A DNA stretch of 64,000 nt from an uncultured Erysipelotrichaceae bacterium (GCA_948442015.1 CAOJRP010000005.1:9-64008); one strand, 5' to 3'; shown: positions 9,849-21,223, counted from the first letter of the stretch. The notes: generated by a model from the letters alone, not told the origin. Program-made: numbers and translations.

Positions 9849-12800
9849 AGTAAATCACCTTCTTCTAAATCACTTTCGGGAAATTCTAAATCATCTAAGC
9901 TATCAGCTTCATCAATTTCCTCTTCTTCTTTTTCTTCCTGGACAGGAGTTTCAACTTCTCCTACTTCTTTAGTTAATTCTTCGATTGAGATTGTGTTTTC
10001 ATCTTCTTCATCTTTTTCCATATCAGATACTTCAACTAATTCATCTTCTTGATTTAATATTTGAATATCTAAACCTAAGGCTTGGAATTCTTTTAATAAT
10101 ACTCTAAAGCTTTCTGGAACTCCTGCTTGGTTAGGAACTTTACCTTTAACTAAAGATTCATAAACTTTAACACGACCGATAACATCATCAGATTTAGTTG
10201 TCATCATTTCTTGTAAGACATGACTAGCACCATATGCATATAATGCCCAAACTTCCATTTCTCCAAATCTTTGACCACCGAACTGTGCTTTACCTCCTAA
10301 AGGTTGTTGTGTTACTAATGAGTAAGGTCCTGTTGAACGAGCATGTAATTTATCATCAACCATGTGGTGTAACTTAATCATATACATAACACCAACAGCT
10401 ACTCTATTTTCAAATGGCTCACCAGTACGTCCATTGTATAGGATAGTTTTACCATCAGCATCCATTCCAGCTTCTTTCATCTCTTCTTGGATGTCTTCTA
10501 GAGTTGCTCCATCAAATACTGGTGTAGCATATTTACAACCAATTTTCTTACCAGCCATACCTAAGTGTAACTCTAGTATTTGACCGATGTTCATACGAGA
10601 AGGAACACCTTGTGGATTTAAAACAACATCAACTGGTGTACCATCTGGTAAATATGGCATGTCTTCTTCTGGTAAGATAAGGGAAATAACACCTTTGTTA
10701 CCATGTCGACCAGACATTTTGTCACCAACTTGGATTTTTCTCTTTTGTAAGATATAAACACGAATTACTTTTGAAACACCAGCAGGTAGTTCATCAGAGT
10801 TTTCTTTTGTATAAACTTTGATATCATGAACAATACCACCAGCACCATGTTCTACTCTTAAAGATGTATCTCTTACTTCACGAGTTTTTTCACCAAATAT
10901 AGCATGTAATAATTTTTCTTCACTTGTTAATTCTTGGACACCTTTTGGTGTAACTTTACCAACTAGGATATCGCCATCTTTAACTTCGGCACCAATTCTT
11001 ACAATACCATTAGCATCTAAGTTCTTTCTTGCTTCTTCGCCAACATTTGGAATATCTCTTGTAATTTCTTCTGGTCCTAGTTTTGTATCACGACAATCAA
11101 TATCATAGTGTTCAATATGAATTGATGTATAAACATCTTCTTTAACTAATCTTTCATTTAAAACGACAGCATCTTCATAGTTGTAACCATCACAAGTCAT
11201 GAATGCTACAACCATGTTTTTACCTAAAGCTAATTCTCCACCTTCCGTAGATGGTCCATCAGCTATAATCATTCCAGCATGAACTTTGTCACCAATATTT
11301 ACTATTGGATGATGATTGTAGTTAGCTGATTCATTACTTCTTTCGAAGTTATATAAGTAATATGTATCTTTTCCTTTTGCAGTTTTGACGATAATTTTTT
11401 TCGCATCGACAAACTCAACCACACCATCAGCTTTAGCTACAACTGTTGCACCTGAGTCCCTTGCTGCAATATGTTCAATACCTGTACCAACAATTGGAGA
11501 TTCACTTGTAAGTAGTGGAACTGCTTGTCTTTGCATGTTAGCACCCATCAAAGCACGTGTGGCATCATCATGTTCCAAGAAAGGTATACAACTTGTTGTA
11601 ATAGAAACAATTTGGTTAGGAGCAACATCGACATAATTAATCTTTTCTCTTGGAATCATTACCGTATCCCCATTGATACGAGCAATTACCTCTTCTTCAG
11701 CTATCTTATTATCTTTATCAAGTTTTAATGTTGCTTGAGAAATATAATAGTCTGCTTCTTCATCAGCTGTTAAGTAAACTATTTCATCTGTTAATTTAGC
11801 ATTAACAACTTTACGATAAGGAGTCATTATGAAACCATATTCATTAACTTTAGCATAAGATGCTAAGGATGTAATAAGTCCGATATTTTGACCTTCTGGT
11901 GACTCAATTGGACAGATTCTTCCATAGTGGGAAGCATTAACGTCACGAACGTCCATTCCGGCTCTTTCACGAGATAAACCACCAGGTCCTAAACTTGATA
12001 GACGACGTTTATCAGTTAATTCAGCAATCGGATTTATTTGGTCCATGAATTTAGATAATTGAGAACTACCAAAGAATTCTTTTAAAGCTGCTGTAACTGG
12101 GCGAATATTAATTAGAGTTTTAGGTGTAACTGTTTCAATATCTTGAGTAGTCATACGTTCTCTAATAACTCTTTCCATTCTTGACATACCAACTTTAAAT
12201 TGGGTTTCTACAAGTTCTCCTACTTGTCTTACTCTTCTGTTTCCTAAATGATCGATTTCATCATCGCTACCAATGCCAAAATGTAAATTTAAATAATAAG
12301 ATACAGAAGCATAAATATCAGATATCGTTAATCTTTTAATATCAATAGTTGGGTCATTACCAATAATTTTATGAATAAGTGTTTCGTCATCTTTATCATA
12401 TACCAAAACTTCTTGAACTTTATTATATTCATCTAATTCCTCATTGATAATTACTTCTTTGATATTGTAGCCATTTTCAAATAAAGGACGAATATTTTCT
12501 AAGATATCTTTAGTAATAACAGTTCCTTTTTCAACAACTACTTTTTTACCATCTTTAATGGATTCAGCTATTTTACAACCTAGCAAACGATTTAAAACAT
12601 TTAATTTTTTATTAAATTTATAACGTCCTACTTTTGCTAAATCATAACGGAATCTATCAAAGAATCTCGTAATAAGTTGATTTTTAGCACTATCAAGTGT
12701 TGCTGGTTCACCTGGACGAAGTTTTTCATAGATTTCAATTAAAGCTTCATCGGTATTCTTCGTACTATCTTTATCAAGGGTATTTTGAATATATTTATTA

Positions 12801-13438
12801 TCACCAAAAGTAGCAATAATATCTTCATTACTTGATAAACCTAAAGCTCTTAAGAATGTTGTTACTGCAACTTTTCTTGTTCTATCAATTCTTACAAATA
12901 TTACATCTCTTGCATCAAGTTCATATTCTAACCATGTACCACGATTAGGAATAACTTCTCCAGAAATGATATGTCTTCCATTTTTATCTATTTCTTTTTT
13001 AAAGTAAATAGATGGACTTCGAACTAATTGCGAAACAATTACTCTTTCGGCACCATTAATAATAAAAGTTCCATTTTCCGTCATTAATGGCAAATCGCCT
13101 AAGAATATTTCTTGTTCTTTAACTTCGCCAGTTTCATGCAAAAAGACACGAGCTTGAACTTTTAAAGGAGCAGCGTAGTTTACCATACGTTCTTTAGCTT
13201 CTTTAACAGTGTATCGTGGTTCATCAAAATAATAATCACCAAATTCTAGTGATATATTACCAGTGAAACTTTCAACAGGAAATAGTTCTTCGAAAACTTC
13301 TTTAATCCCTTCTTCTAAAAATCTTTGATATGATTTTTTTTGAATTTCTAATAAGTCTGTAAGTTCTAAGGTGTTATTGATTTTTGAGAAAGTTCTTCTT
13401 TCTCGATGGTCACCAAATTTCTTTATTTTGTATGCCAT
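9845..13438 (-). CDS. rpoB: DNA-directed RNA polymerase subunit beta
   Basis: 1197 aa; conserved [15 protein letters not shown] and [10 protein letters not shown] motifs; 4-nt ATGA overlap with rpoC; acidic C-terminal tail. Confidence 0.98.
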   Translation of the reverse strand: MAYKIKKFGDHRERRTFSKINNTLELTDLLEIQKKSYQRFLEEGIKEVFEELFPVESFTGNISLEFGDYYFDEPRYTVKEAKERMVNYAAPLKVQARVFLHETGEVKEQEIFLGDLPLMTENGTFIINGAERVIVSQLVRSPSIYFKKEIDKNGRHIISGEVIPNRGTWLEYELDARDVIFVRIDRTRKVAVTTFLRALGLSSNEDIIATFGDNKYIQNTLDKDSTKNTDEALIEIYEKLRPGEPATLDSAKNQLITRFFDRFRYDLAKVGRYKFNKKLNVLNRLLGCKIAESIKDGKKVVVEKGTVITKDILENIRPLFENGYNIKEVIINEELDEYNKVQEVLVYDKDDETLIHKIIGNDPTIDIKRLTISDIYASVSYYLNLHFGIGSDDEIDHLGNRRVRQVGELVETQFKVGMSRMERVIRERMTTQDIETVTPKTLINIRPVTAALKEFFGSSQLSKFMDQINPIAELTDKRRLSSLGPGGLSRERAGMDVRDVNASHYGRICPIESPEGQNIGLITSLASYAKVNEYGFIMTPYRKVVNAKLTDEIVYLTADEEADYYISQATLKLDKDNKIAEEEVIARINGDTVMIPREKINYVDVAPNQIVSITTSCIPFLEHDDATRALMGANMQRQAVPLLTSESPIVGTGIEHIAARDSGATVVAKADGVVEFVDAKKIIVKTAKGKDTYYLYNFERSNESANYNHHPIVNIGDKVHAGMIIADGPSTEGGELALGKNMVVAFMTCDGYNYEDAVVLNERLVKEDVYTSIHIEHYDIDCRDTKLGPEEITRDIPNVGEEARKNLDANGIVRIGAEVKDGDILVGKVTPKGVQELTSEEKLLHAIFGEKTREVRDTSLRVEHGAGGIVHDIKVYTKENSDELPAGVSKVIRVYILQKRKIQVGDKMSGRHGNKGVISLILPEEDMPYLPDGTPVDVVLNPQGVPSRMNIGQILELHLGMAGKKIGCKYATPVFDGATLEDIQEEMKEAGMDADGKTILYNGRTGEPFENRVAVGVMYMIKLHHMVDDKLHARSTGPYSLVTQQPLGGKAQFGGQRFGEMEVWALYAYGASHVLQEMMTTKSDDVIGRVKVYESLVKGKVPNQAGVPESFRVLLKEFQALGLDIQILNQEDELVEVSDMEKDEEDENTISIEELTKEVGEVETPVQEEKEEEEIDEADSLDDLEFPESDLEEGDLL

Positions 13439-13534
13439 TTAGTTTCACCCCTACCGTAAATTTTTTTTAAGTGTTGCTGCAAGAAAAAACAAGACATCAC
13501 CAATTTATAATTTTAGAGCATTTATCTTTTCTTG

Positions 13535-14128
13535 TCAACGTTTTTTGGCTTTTATTATATAAAAACCTTTACTTTTTTCTATTATTTCACACATATAGAC
13601 ATTTTCTATGTGTTTAATAGTACTTTTAACCCCTTGATTCTTTCGCATCACAAACCACAGTTCTCCGTCATCGGATAAATAATATGCAGCTTGCATTAAT
13701 ATATTTAAAACTATTTCTTTTCCTGCTCTAATCGGCGGATTAGAAATAATGAGCGAATAAGATTCATTTATATTTTCATAACAATTACTTTCGATTACTT
13801 TATATTTAACTTTATTATCTTTCGCATTTTGGGATGCTAAATGCAAAGCTCTTTTATTAACATCAGTTAGAGTTACAGCGCTATTTAATATTTTGGCTAA
13901 TGTTATTCCCATAAAGCCGTAGCCACACCCAACATCTAAAATATTATTATATTCGTGAGTTTTATTTTTTATGATACTTTCTACAAGGAGTGAACTCCCA
14001 TAATCTATTTTGTCTTTCGAAAACACTCCATTATCACTTAGAAATGACAAAGTAAAATCTCCATACTTATACTTTATTGTACGGAGGCAACTTTTTAAGT
14101 TTTCATTGTTTGTAAAGTAATGTTCCAA
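13535..14128 (-). CDS. Class I SAM-dependent methyltransferase (RsmC / B. subtilis YbxB-like small-domain MTase)
   Basis: Motif I LDVGCGYG and motif IV ISNPPIRAG. Position directly upstream of rpoB as for ybxB in Bacillus. Confidence 0.75.
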   Translation of the reverse strand: MEHYFTNNENLKSCLRTIKYKYGDFTLSFLSDNGVFSKDKIDYGSSLLVESIIKNKTHEYNNILDVGCGYGFMGITLAKILNSAVTLTDVNKRALHLASQNAKDNKVKYKVIESNCYENINESYSLIISNPPIRAGKEIVLNILMQAAYYLSDDGELWFVMRKNQGVKSTIKHIENVYMCEIIEKSKGFYIIKAKKR

Positions 14129-14220
14129 AAAATCACCATTTCTAATTGACTATTTTTAAAGTGTGTAGTGTTATCATTATAAGACTTTCGTACTAGAAAA
14201 GTCAATCAAAATTTTTCAAT

Positions 14221-15303
14221 TTAATCTAAATCAACTTGATAATTATATCCTTTTTTCGTTAAAGCTAATTGAATTTCATTTTCTATCTCTTTTTCCTCTG
14301 GTATTCCAAAGTAATATTCTTCATTAGAGGCATAGATTGTTTCGTTTCCACTTACACTTTCGCACCAAGTGGCAGCAGTAACTAATTTCTTCTCTTTTTC
14401 TGGATCATTAGCTTTTATTGAACCCCAAACATAGTAAATTGCAAATTGTGATAAATTATTACGATTCGAAGTATTTTCCATTCTTTCTAAGTTAAAAACA
14501 TGATAGATAGTTCCTGCTTCTGGAGATGGATATGCTGGAAAACTAGGATTTTTGTCTATAAAATCTACAGGTACTCCTCCACCCATTATTCCAGCAAAAT
14601 TATTTTTTTCTTTAGCTTGCTTACTAGTTCTGTGGCCAGACTCTATATCTGAAATTGCTAAAGCTCTAGCTGGTGATTTTCCTAAAGCATAACTTGCTTT
14701 CCCTAAAAATTGATTAAATGTAAGCCCATTACGCATTATAATATTACCATTTTCATCATATTGAAGATGAACAATTTTTTCTGAAGTGACATATTCTTCT
14801 TTTTTCAAATTATATTTTTTCTCTGAATCTTTAGTACTATAGATATCTTTCCAAATAGCACAAGTAATAAACATTGCTGTATCTTCTGCATTAGTTGCTG
14901 TAAAACTTTTTCTTCCAATAGTAATAGTGAGTGGCTCACTAAAATCGTTAGTTAACTCCTTAGTTAACTCAAAAACTTTTTCACTATCTAAATTAAAGTA
15001 CAAACTATACTCTGCAATAGCTAGCTCATATTCTCTATACTTTGCTTTTTGTGTATAATCGGCAAATAAATTTTCAGCAATTTTTGGTTCTAAATTAGTC
15101 ATAGCAAGAGTTTCAACATCTTCATCAAAACTTTCAAAAAATGCTTCCATTCTTTTTGTATCTTGCTCCATTTGTTTTTTTTGTTCCTCTTCTTTATAAT
15201 TTACGATAATTATAAGACTTGATACAAAGGCAAACATTAATCTTAAAACTTGATTTAAGCTATGAAATGTTAATCTTTTTCTCGCTTTCTTATTCTTTCT
15301 CAT
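14221..15303 (-). CDS. Membrane-anchored protein with a GH73 glucosaminidase-like domain
   Basis: N-terminal TM segment. AISDIESGHRTSKQAKEKNNFAGI resembles the ESG..S..A...NN.FGI motif of mannosyl-glycoprotein endo-beta-N-acetylglucosaminidases. Confidence 0.55.
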   Translation of the reverse strand: MRKNKKARKRLTFHSLNQVLRLMFAFVSSLIIIVNYKEEEQKKQMEQDTKRMEAFFESFDEDVETLAMTNLEPKIAENLFADYTQKAKYREYELAIAEYSLYFNLDSEKVFELTKELTNDFSEPLTITIGRKSFTATNAEDTAMFITCAIWKDIYSTKDSEKKYNLKKEEYVTSEKIVHLQYDENGNIIMRNGLTFNQFLGKASYALGKSPARALAISDIESGHRTSKQAKEKNNFAGIMGGGVPVDFIDKNPSFPAYPSPEAGTIYHVFNLERMENTSNRNNLSQFAIYYVWGSIKANDPEKEKKLVTAATWCESVSGNETIYASNEEYYFGIPEEKEIENEIQLALTKKGYNYQVDLD

Positions 15304-15358
15304 AAAATAAAAACACCTCGTTTTTTCATAACAAGGTGTTATTCTATCAAATAATTAT

Positions 15359-16591
15359 TTATCTGTCAAATTCCTTCGCAAAATTACCATTTTCAAAAAT
15401 AATAACTTCTTTATCATCATGTGTTGTTCCAGTGATTTTTAAATCTTTTGTTCCAACCATAAAATCAACATGGTTATCAGAGTGGTTTAACCCTTTTTTA
15501 TATAATTCTTCTTTACTCATTTTAACACCATTTTTAAGACATTCTGGGAAAGAGTCTCCTAAAGCTAAATGGCAAGATGCATTCTCATCATATAAAGTTT
15601 CATAGAAAATTGTTTTTTCGTTAGATATTTCAGAATTGAAAGGAACTAAAGCTACTTCTCCTAAGTAATCTGAGTTTTTACAAGAACTAACTAAAGTCTT
15701 TAAAGTTTTTAGACCTTTCTTTGCTCCTACCTTCACAACTTTACCTTTTTCAAATGTCAAACTAAATTCATCTATTAAAACATCTTGATAACATAAAGGC
15801 TTGGAACTATAAACTATTCCTTCAGCAGTATCATACTTTGGCGAAGTAAAAACTTCTAAAGATGGAAAATTAACTAAGACATCTTTGCCGCTTGTTAGTT
15901 TTTCACTACCCGTTGCCCAAACATGTCCCTCTGGTAACTCGATAGTAAAATCTGTACCTAACTTATTTTGATAATGCAAAGATTTAAAATTACAATCATT
16001 AAGTTTTTTTGCAATTTTTTCATTTTTCTTAATTTTATTTAGAACTTCTTTTTCAGGATTATCTGTATTTATACTACAAATTCTAAATATAGCTTGCCAT
16101 AACTTCTTTAAAGGATCTAAAACATCAGGATAAACCTCTTTAGCCCAATCTTTAGTTGGCACTGCCGCAATACACCAAGCTAATTCTGACTTAGCCCGTA
16201 AATCATTGTAATCTTTTTTTGTTTTTAGGGCATACATCGCAATATCATTTAATTTCTTCTCATCAATATCTTTCATAAGATTAGGAGTTTGGGATGCAAG
16301 CATTAAAAAAGCAGCATTTTTTTTAGCATAAACATTCCATATATCCTTATTCCATAAAGATGATTTTTTTAAATCTTCAATATTTAAATATTTTAAAGAA
16401 TCGTGTTTAATTAAAGGATCATTTGCCTCTAAGTAGATATCTTTAACACCTAACTCATAAGCTACTTCTACTACTATCCTAACAAAGTCTCTTCTTTCAA
16501 TATCATAAGTTATAAATAAAGGTTGACATTCTTCTATTTTTAAACAAGTTTTTAATAACACTTCTGCATACTTTCTTTGTAATTTTTCCAT
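15359..16591 (-). CDS. Aminopeptidase, M29 family (PepS/AmpS-like)
   Basis: 410 aa; overall resemblance to thermophilic metalloprotease M29 (N-terminal KYAEVLLK..., GEVALVP segment). Confidence 0.7.
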   Translation of the reverse strand: MEKLQRKYAEVLLKTCLKIEECQPLFITYDIERRDFVRIVVEVAYELGVKDIYLEANDPLIKHDSLKYLNIEDLKKSSLWNKDIWNVYAKKNAAFLMLASQTPNLMKDIDEKKLNDIAMYALKTKKDYNDLRAKSELAWCIAAVPTKDWAKEVYPDVLDPLKKLWQAIFRICSINTDNPEKEVLNKIKKNEKIAKKLNDCNFKSLHYQNKLGTDFTIELPEGHVWATGSEKLTSGKDVLVNFPSLEVFTSPKYDTAEGIVYSSKPLCYQDVLIDEFSLTFEKGKVVKVGAKKGLKTLKTLVSSCKNSDYLGEVALVPFNSEISNEKTIFYETLYDENASCHLALGDSFPECLKNGVKMSKEELYKKGLNHSDNHVDFMVGTKDLKITGTTHDDKEVIIFENGNFAKEFDR

Positions 16592-16619
16592 AGTTTTATC
16601 CCTCTATTCTATATTATTA

Positions 16620-17132
16620 CTATAATTTACTATATTTATTCTTAATCTCTAAATAATTTTCTTTAAATTCATAAAACTTTCGAATATGTTTTTTAAGAAA
16701 CTTTTCTTTTTTAATTAGTTCTTCTATCTCATCAAAAGTAGCTAGTTTTACATCACTAACCTCTTCTTTTTGAAGTTTTAATTCCTCACTATTTATATCT
16801 AATTTCATATAATAGCAATCAACTATTTTATAATCATCAATCTCTGTATGATAAACATAGACTTTTTTATTATTTATATCAAAGCCTAATTCTTCTTTTA
16901 CTTCCGTAAGAAGTCCTTGATAACTATCTTCGCCAGTCTTAGGATGTCCTGCTGTAATAGACCACTTTCCTCCCTTTATCAAACTTCTTTTTTGAATTAA
17001 AAACCTACCATCAATATTCTCAATCATAATAAAGACGACTAACCAATATTCATCTTTTTTAGGTTTTATTCCTTTAATCGTTTTTCTTTCTAATTTATTT
17101 CTATTAATATCATATAAATCTCTTACTTCCAT
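16620..17132 (-). CDS. NUDIX hydrolase
   Basis: Nudix box GHPKTGEDSYQGLLTEVKEELG. Confidence 0.75.
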   Translation of the reverse strand: MEVRDLYDINRNKLERKTIKGIKPKKDEYWLVVFIMIENIDGRFLIQKRSLIKGGKWSITAGHPKTGEDSYQGLLTEVKEELGFDINNKKVYVYHTEIDDYKIVDCYYMKLDINSEELKLQKEEVSDVKLATFDEIEELIKKEKFLKKHIRKFYEFKENYLEIKNKYSKL

Positions 17133-17174
17133 AACTACCTCTAGAATAATTATAGCACCTTATTTATTATTAAC

Positions 17175-17687
17175 TCAACTATTATTAGCATCATTTGCAC
17201 CCTCTAGTTCAAGCAAATATTTTTTTCTTTCTAATCCTCCCGCATATCCTACTAAATTCCCATTAGTTCCTATTACTCTGTGGCAAGGAATAATAATCGA
17301 AAGAGGATTATGTTTTATAGCACCTCCAATAGCTTGTGCTGACATCTTTTTCAAGCCAAATTCATAGGCTATTTCAGTAGCTAAATCTTTATAAGTTGTT
17401 GTTTTTCCATAAGGTATTTCTAACAATTTTTTTAAAACCGCTATCTTAAAATCACTTCCTGTTAAATTAAAAGGAATTTCGCTAACTAAAGGAATTCCCT
17501 TATTAAAATACCTATCCAACCACTCCTTAGTTTGGGATAATATTTTTGTATTTTCTTCTTTTACTTCTCCTTTGAAAAATGGCGGACAATACTTTTGGTC
17601 TTCAAACCATAAACCAATTAATTGTTCATTTTTAGCTACTAACAAAATTTTGCCAATAGGTGAATCATAATGTGTCGTATAAATCAT
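17175..17687 (-). CDS. ogt: Methylated-DNA--protein-cysteine methyltransferase
   Basis: Active-site IPCHRVIG motif; 170 aa. Confidence 0.9.
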   Translation of the reverse strand: MIYTTHYDSPIGKILLVAKNEQLIGLWFEDQKYCPPFFKGEVKEENTKILSQTKEWLDRYFNKGIPLVSEIPFNLTGSDFKIAVLKKLLEIPYGKTTTYKDLATEIAYEFGLKKMSAQAIGGAIKHNPLSIIIPCHRVIGTNGNLVGYAGGLERKKYLLELEGANDANNS

Positions 17688-18283
17688 TCTATTTCTTCTC
17701 CTATTTCTTTAATCTTTATTTGAAGAATTACTGCTATAGAAACAGCTTGACTACTTGTCACTATAACTCCTTTTAATTCTTCCAAACCAATTTTAATTCC
17801 ACTTATATTACAAGTTCTTAAATCAATACCATTTAAACTAACTTTAAAAAATTCACACTCTTTTAAACTACAATCGTTAAAGCATAAACTTTTAATCTTT
17901 TCTAAATTCATAAAACTAGAACTTTCTAAATTACAATCATTAAAAGTCACATTATTAATTCTGCAATCAGCAAAATTACTATATTTCATTTGGCAATGAG
18001 AAAAAGTAGCTTTTTCAAAAGAAGCCTCAATGAAGTTAGTTCCAAGTAGTTTACAAGTATCATAAAAGTTACCTTTATTAATAAATTTTGGGAAAAAAGC
18101 ATTTGAAAAATCACAATTTAAAAACTGACAACTTTCAAAATAGACTTTTGACAAATCACAATAACTAAAATCAACATTTGTAAATTTACACTTTTTAAAA
18201 TTAACCTCTTCTATATTTTTAGAAAACAGGGTATTTTCAAACTCTTCTAACACATAGTCTTGATTATCCTCTAAAATACTCAC
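17684..18283 (-). CDS. Pentapeptide-repeat protein
   Basis: Tandem A(D/N)LxX-type pentapeptides (CDFSNAFF, CNLESSSF and others). The start was re-assigned to GTG 18283 behind a TAAGGAG RBS, removing a 61-nt overlap with the upstream gene. Confidence 0.75.
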   Translation of the reverse strand: MSILEDNQDYVLEEFENTLFSKNIEEVNFKKCKFTNVDFSYCDLSKVYFESCQFLNCDFSNAFFPKFINKGNFYDTCKLLGTNFIEASFEKATFSHCQMKYSNFADCRINNVTFNDCNLESSSFMNLEKIKSLCFNDCSLKECEFFKVSLNGIDLRTCNISGIKIGLEELKGVIVTSSQAVSIAVILQIKIKEIGEEIE

Positions 18284-18294
18284 TTTAAAACTCC

Positions 18295-19575
18295 TTATGA
18301 TATTAGATAAACTGTTCCTGGATTTATAGCATATTCTTTTGTATAGATAATCCAATCAGTTATTTCACTTACTTTAAACCAAACTTCATCTCCTACTTTA
18401 ATATCAGGAATATTATAAGGTTCTTGTGTTAATTTAGCTTTAAATTTATTACCTTTAATTTCTAATAACTCAAACCAAATATGCTCTAGGGAATCTGTAT
18501 TTTCTAAATCAGCAGTTTTCATACCAACTTTGATAATTATTTTATTATCTTTATTTTTAAATTGTTCTAAAACATAAGAAAATCTTTCAATAGCTAAGGC
18601 TTTCATTCGATTAGTTTCTTCGTTACTAATAAAAAAGATTGGGTTATCAAGCCATAACTTATCATAAATACTAACTTTACTTACACGTTTTGCCTTTTCA
18701 TCTTCTTCACTTTGATACAAAAAGATAACACTAGAATGTGTATTATGACTTTCTTTTCTATCTTTTAACCCACCTAATTTTAATTTCGGATAATAATTTA
18801 AGGCTTCAGTCCAAGAAAGAGCTGTTACTACTACTGGACTATTATCACTTAACACACCAATATAAGCACTATCTTCCCTTGGATTAAAATTTTCTCCAAT
18901 TTTATCAATAAGATAACTGGCAAAAGTAGAAATTAAAGCATAGTAGCTATTATAATTTTCTTTATTTGCTTCAAATACTTCTAGTTCTGTTAATCCACAA
19001 CGAGATAAGCCATGAGTGTGAAGCCATACCTCATCGTTTTTACCTAAAACAGCTTGCACAACAAATAAGTCATTGGCACTAGGAACAACATTGGTATTAA
19101 TTGTCATTTCCACCCATTTATAAGGAATTAATCTTTCTGCACTTTCATCTACTAAAGCTAGCATGTCAGGAATCATTGCTTCTGCTATTTTTAATTGTAG
19201 GTGATAAGATTTTTTTACATCACTTTTAAAATCCATAAAAATAGTTAATGCTCGATGAGTGTTTCGCAAATGCTCTATTTCTTCATCTTTAAAATAATAA
19301 TTATTTGTTAAATAACTCTCTTGTAAATTAAAACCTGTGGGATAAAAACCAATTTCATATTCATCACTTTCATAACTTACTTTTATATATCCTGGTTCTT
19401 TATCAGATAGTTCTCTTTGCTCTAATATTTTTACTCCTTTGATATCCGCTACTCTATCAAATAAACCCACTAACGGATTTCTTAATTCATTTTGAGGAAT
19501 AATCATCATATAAGACTTTTCTTCCCAATATCCTAAAGGGGCTTCTTCTAAATTTTTCTTTTTACTAAAAAACAT
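18295..19575 (-). CDS. Hypothetical protein with a DUF2314-like C-terminal domain
   Basis: C-terminal HIWFELLEIKGNKF.A.L...P.......GDEV.F....I.DW pattern. Confidence 0.45.
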   Translation of the reverse strand: MFFSKKKNLEEAPLGYWEEKSYMMIIPQNELRNPLVGLFDRVADIKGVKILEQRELSDKEPGYIKVSYESDEYEIGFYPTGFNLQESYLTNNYYFKDEEIEHLRNTHRALTIFMDFKSDVKKSYHLQLKIAEAMIPDMLALVDESAERLIPYKWVEMTINTNVVPSANDLFVVQAVLGKNDEVWLHTHGLSRCGLTELEVFEANKENYNSYYALISTFASYLIDKIGENFNPREDSAYIGVLSDNSPVVVTALSWTEALNYYPKLKLGGLKDRKESHNTHSSVIFLYQSEEDEKAKRVSKVSIYDKLWLDNPIFFISNEETNRMKALAIERFSYVLEQFKNKDNKIIIKVGMKTADLENTDSLEHIWFELLEIKGNKFKAKLTQEPYNIPDIKVGDEVWFKVSEITDWIIYTKEYAINPGTVYLIS

Positions 19576-19692
19576 ATTAATTCTCCATTTCTAATTAATT
19601 TTATTATAGCACAGACTTACTATAGTTTTTTTATTTTCTTCGTATTTTTCTAATTTATTCTTCAAAAAAAGACTATCATTTGATAACCTTAA

Positions 19693-20337
19693 TTACTTCT
19701 TTTTTAATTTTGAACCAAAAACATTATTTTGTTCTTCATAAACTTTCCCATCTTTCGTTTTAATTGTCTTATTTCCAAATACATCACTTTTCTTTTCAGC
19801 GATATTACTATAGTTATTATTTTGATACGTAGTTTTTCCTGTAAATGAGTTATATGTACCTTTCCCAACAATGGTATTGTTAGCATCTCTTATAACTTCA
19901 TCCCCAAATAAACCTTTCTCCGCTTTGGCGACAACTTCACCATGAGAGTTTTTATAAACTTTTTCACCCCAGATATTTTCTTCTACTTTTATGTCATCAT
20001 CATTTTTATTATCAAGGTCTATATAACTTATAGATGAATAGTTAGTGTTCATTTCTTTAATAAAGTCCGTTTCCTTTTTTAAAGTTTTTATTATTTCTTT
20101 TATAACAAAGAAAACAATAATTATTAGAGCAATTATACCTATAATATTGCACCATTTGGAAATTTTCATTGCTTCAATACCTTGTGGGCTACTTTCTCCG
20201 TATTGTTTAATCCTAGAATTAGATGTTTGATTTACCGCATACATTATCCCAAGAGGTATAAGGGAACACACTGCTCCGACAGCTATATTAATTATAATAT
20301 TTAAAATTGTATGCATAAAAGATTTTATTTTACTCAT
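19693..20337 (-). CDS. Membrane protein with repeated (F/W)G.K/E...G.V motifs
   Basis: Two N-terminal TM segments. The C-terminal half has repeated short motifs (WGEKVYKNSHGEVV, FGDEVIRDANNTIV, FGNKTIKTKDGKV, FGSK). Confidence 0.5.
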   Translation of the reverse strand: MSKIKSFMHTILNIIINIAVGAVCSLIPLGIMYAVNQTSNSRIKQYGESSPQGIEAMKISKWCNIIGIIALIIIVFFVIKEIIKTLKKETDFIKEMNTNYSSISYIDLDNKNDDDIKVEENIWGEKVYKNSHGEVVAKAEKGLFGDEVIRDANNTIVGKGTYNSFTGKTTYQNNNYSNIAEKKSDVFGNKTIKTKDGKVYEEQNNVFGSKLKKK

Positions 20338-20347
20338 AACTATTCAC

Positions 20348-20875
20348 CTATTTAATAGTACAAACATATTTATATTCTTCTAATTCTTCAGTATAACCTT
20401 TTGAATCAAATGTACCATTATCTTTTGTATATTTTTTTATATTATAAACTTCACTTAAATTTTCATCTTTTATATAAGTTTTTATATGAGTAATCATTTT
20501 AGTACTATCATCACAAGTTACTTTATCATTTTGATATCCTTCCCAAAGAGGATTTTCCATTGTTTTAGCATAATCACATTCTTTTTTATATTCATCATCA
20601 TTACTATAATTATTAACTTCTGTAATAATATGTTTCGTTGCAATACTATTTTCTATTGTAGTATCTTCTGTTTCAGTTTTTGTTTCATTTCCATAGGGAC
20701 TTATACAAGATATCATCCCATTACTTACATCTTTATTTATTTTAGTAGTCTGCTCTGTTTTAGTATTATCTTCAGTCTTTTTATTTTCATTTTCCGAATT
20801 GCCACAACCAGTTATTCCTAAAATCATCACCCCACATAACACTAATGCTAATATTTTTTTCTTCATAGTTTTCAC
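20348..20875 (-). CDS. Lipoprotein
   Basis: Signal peptide with lipobox LGITGCG. Confidence 0.65.
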   Translation of the reverse strand: MKTMKKKILALVLCGVMILGITGCGNSENENKKTEDNTKTEQTTKINKDVSNGMISCISPYGNETKTETEDTTIENSIATKHIITEVNNYSNDDEYKKECDYAKTMENPLWEGYQNDKVTCDDSTKMITHIKTYIKDENLSEVYNIKKYTKDNGTFDSKGYTEELEEYKYVCTIK

Positions 20876-20968
20876 TTTCTTTCTATGTTTTATTATATAT
20901 ATTTATTATACATTATGTCAATATTACAAAATTTTGTTAATTTAAATTTAAAGTGCAACACTTCAGCA

Positions 20969-20997
20969 TTGAAAAAGACATACGAATAATCTATAAT
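20969..20997 (+). promoter_or_regulatory. Near-consensus promoter
   Basis: TTGAAA (20969-20974), 17-nt spacer, TATAAT (20992-20997). Confidence 0.45.
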
Positions 20998-21028
20998 ATT
21001 TTTCTGCAAAAAAGAAAGGAAAATTCAT

Positions 21029-21103
21029 ATGTCTAAAGTAAATAATACTGTAAAATTAAAGAAAAAACAATATCATCATCTTACTAAAAAACAACGTCGT
21101 TAA
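21029..21103 (+). other. 24-codon ORF (MSKVNNTVKLKKKQYHHLTKKQRR); possible remnant of an IS30-type transposase N-terminus or a leader peptide
   Basis: AAAGGAAA RBS. YHHLTKKQR resembles the Y-K-H-L-T..ER start of IS30-family transposases. The stop codon lies inside the left arm of the palindrome. Confidence 0.25.
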
Positions 21104-21161
21104 TTTTCATTTGGAAGTCCGTTTTTTTTTACCAAAACGGACTTCCAAATGAAAATTAACG
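21098..21161. repeat. 64-bp perfect palindrome (28-bp arms, 8-nt loop)
   Basis: CGTTAATTTTCATTTGGAAGTCCGTTTT (21098-21125) and its exact reverse complement (21134-21161). Confidence 0.9.
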
Positions 21162-21187
21162 ATATAAAAATATGGGAAATTTTATGA

Positions 21188-21216
21188 TTGAACTTTATAT
21201 TAAAACATGTTATTAT
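21188..21216 (+). promoter_or_regulatory. Promoter candidate for a short convergent RNA
   Basis: TTGAAC (21188-21193), 17-nt spacer, TATTAT (21211-21216) preceded by TGT. Confidence 0.4.
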
Positions 21217-21223
21217 CTAATTA

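Noticed and set aside
6806-11728. Numerous 60-160-aa ORFs inside rpoC and rpoB, mostly antisense (6825-7061, 7213-7419, 7771-8250, 10362-10583, 11385-11636, 11525-11728) plus one same-strand out-of-frame ORF (6806-7057).
   Set aside because: They lie entirely within highly conserved, motif-verified genes. They have low-complexity AT-codon-driven composition (F/I/L/S/N rich) and no RBS. They are shadow ORFs.
17684-18355. 61-nt overlap between the pentapeptide-repeat ORF and the upstream gene.
   Set aside because: This is an artefact of taking the longest ORF. GTG 18283, directly behind the upstream stop and a TAAGGAG RBS, is the likely start.
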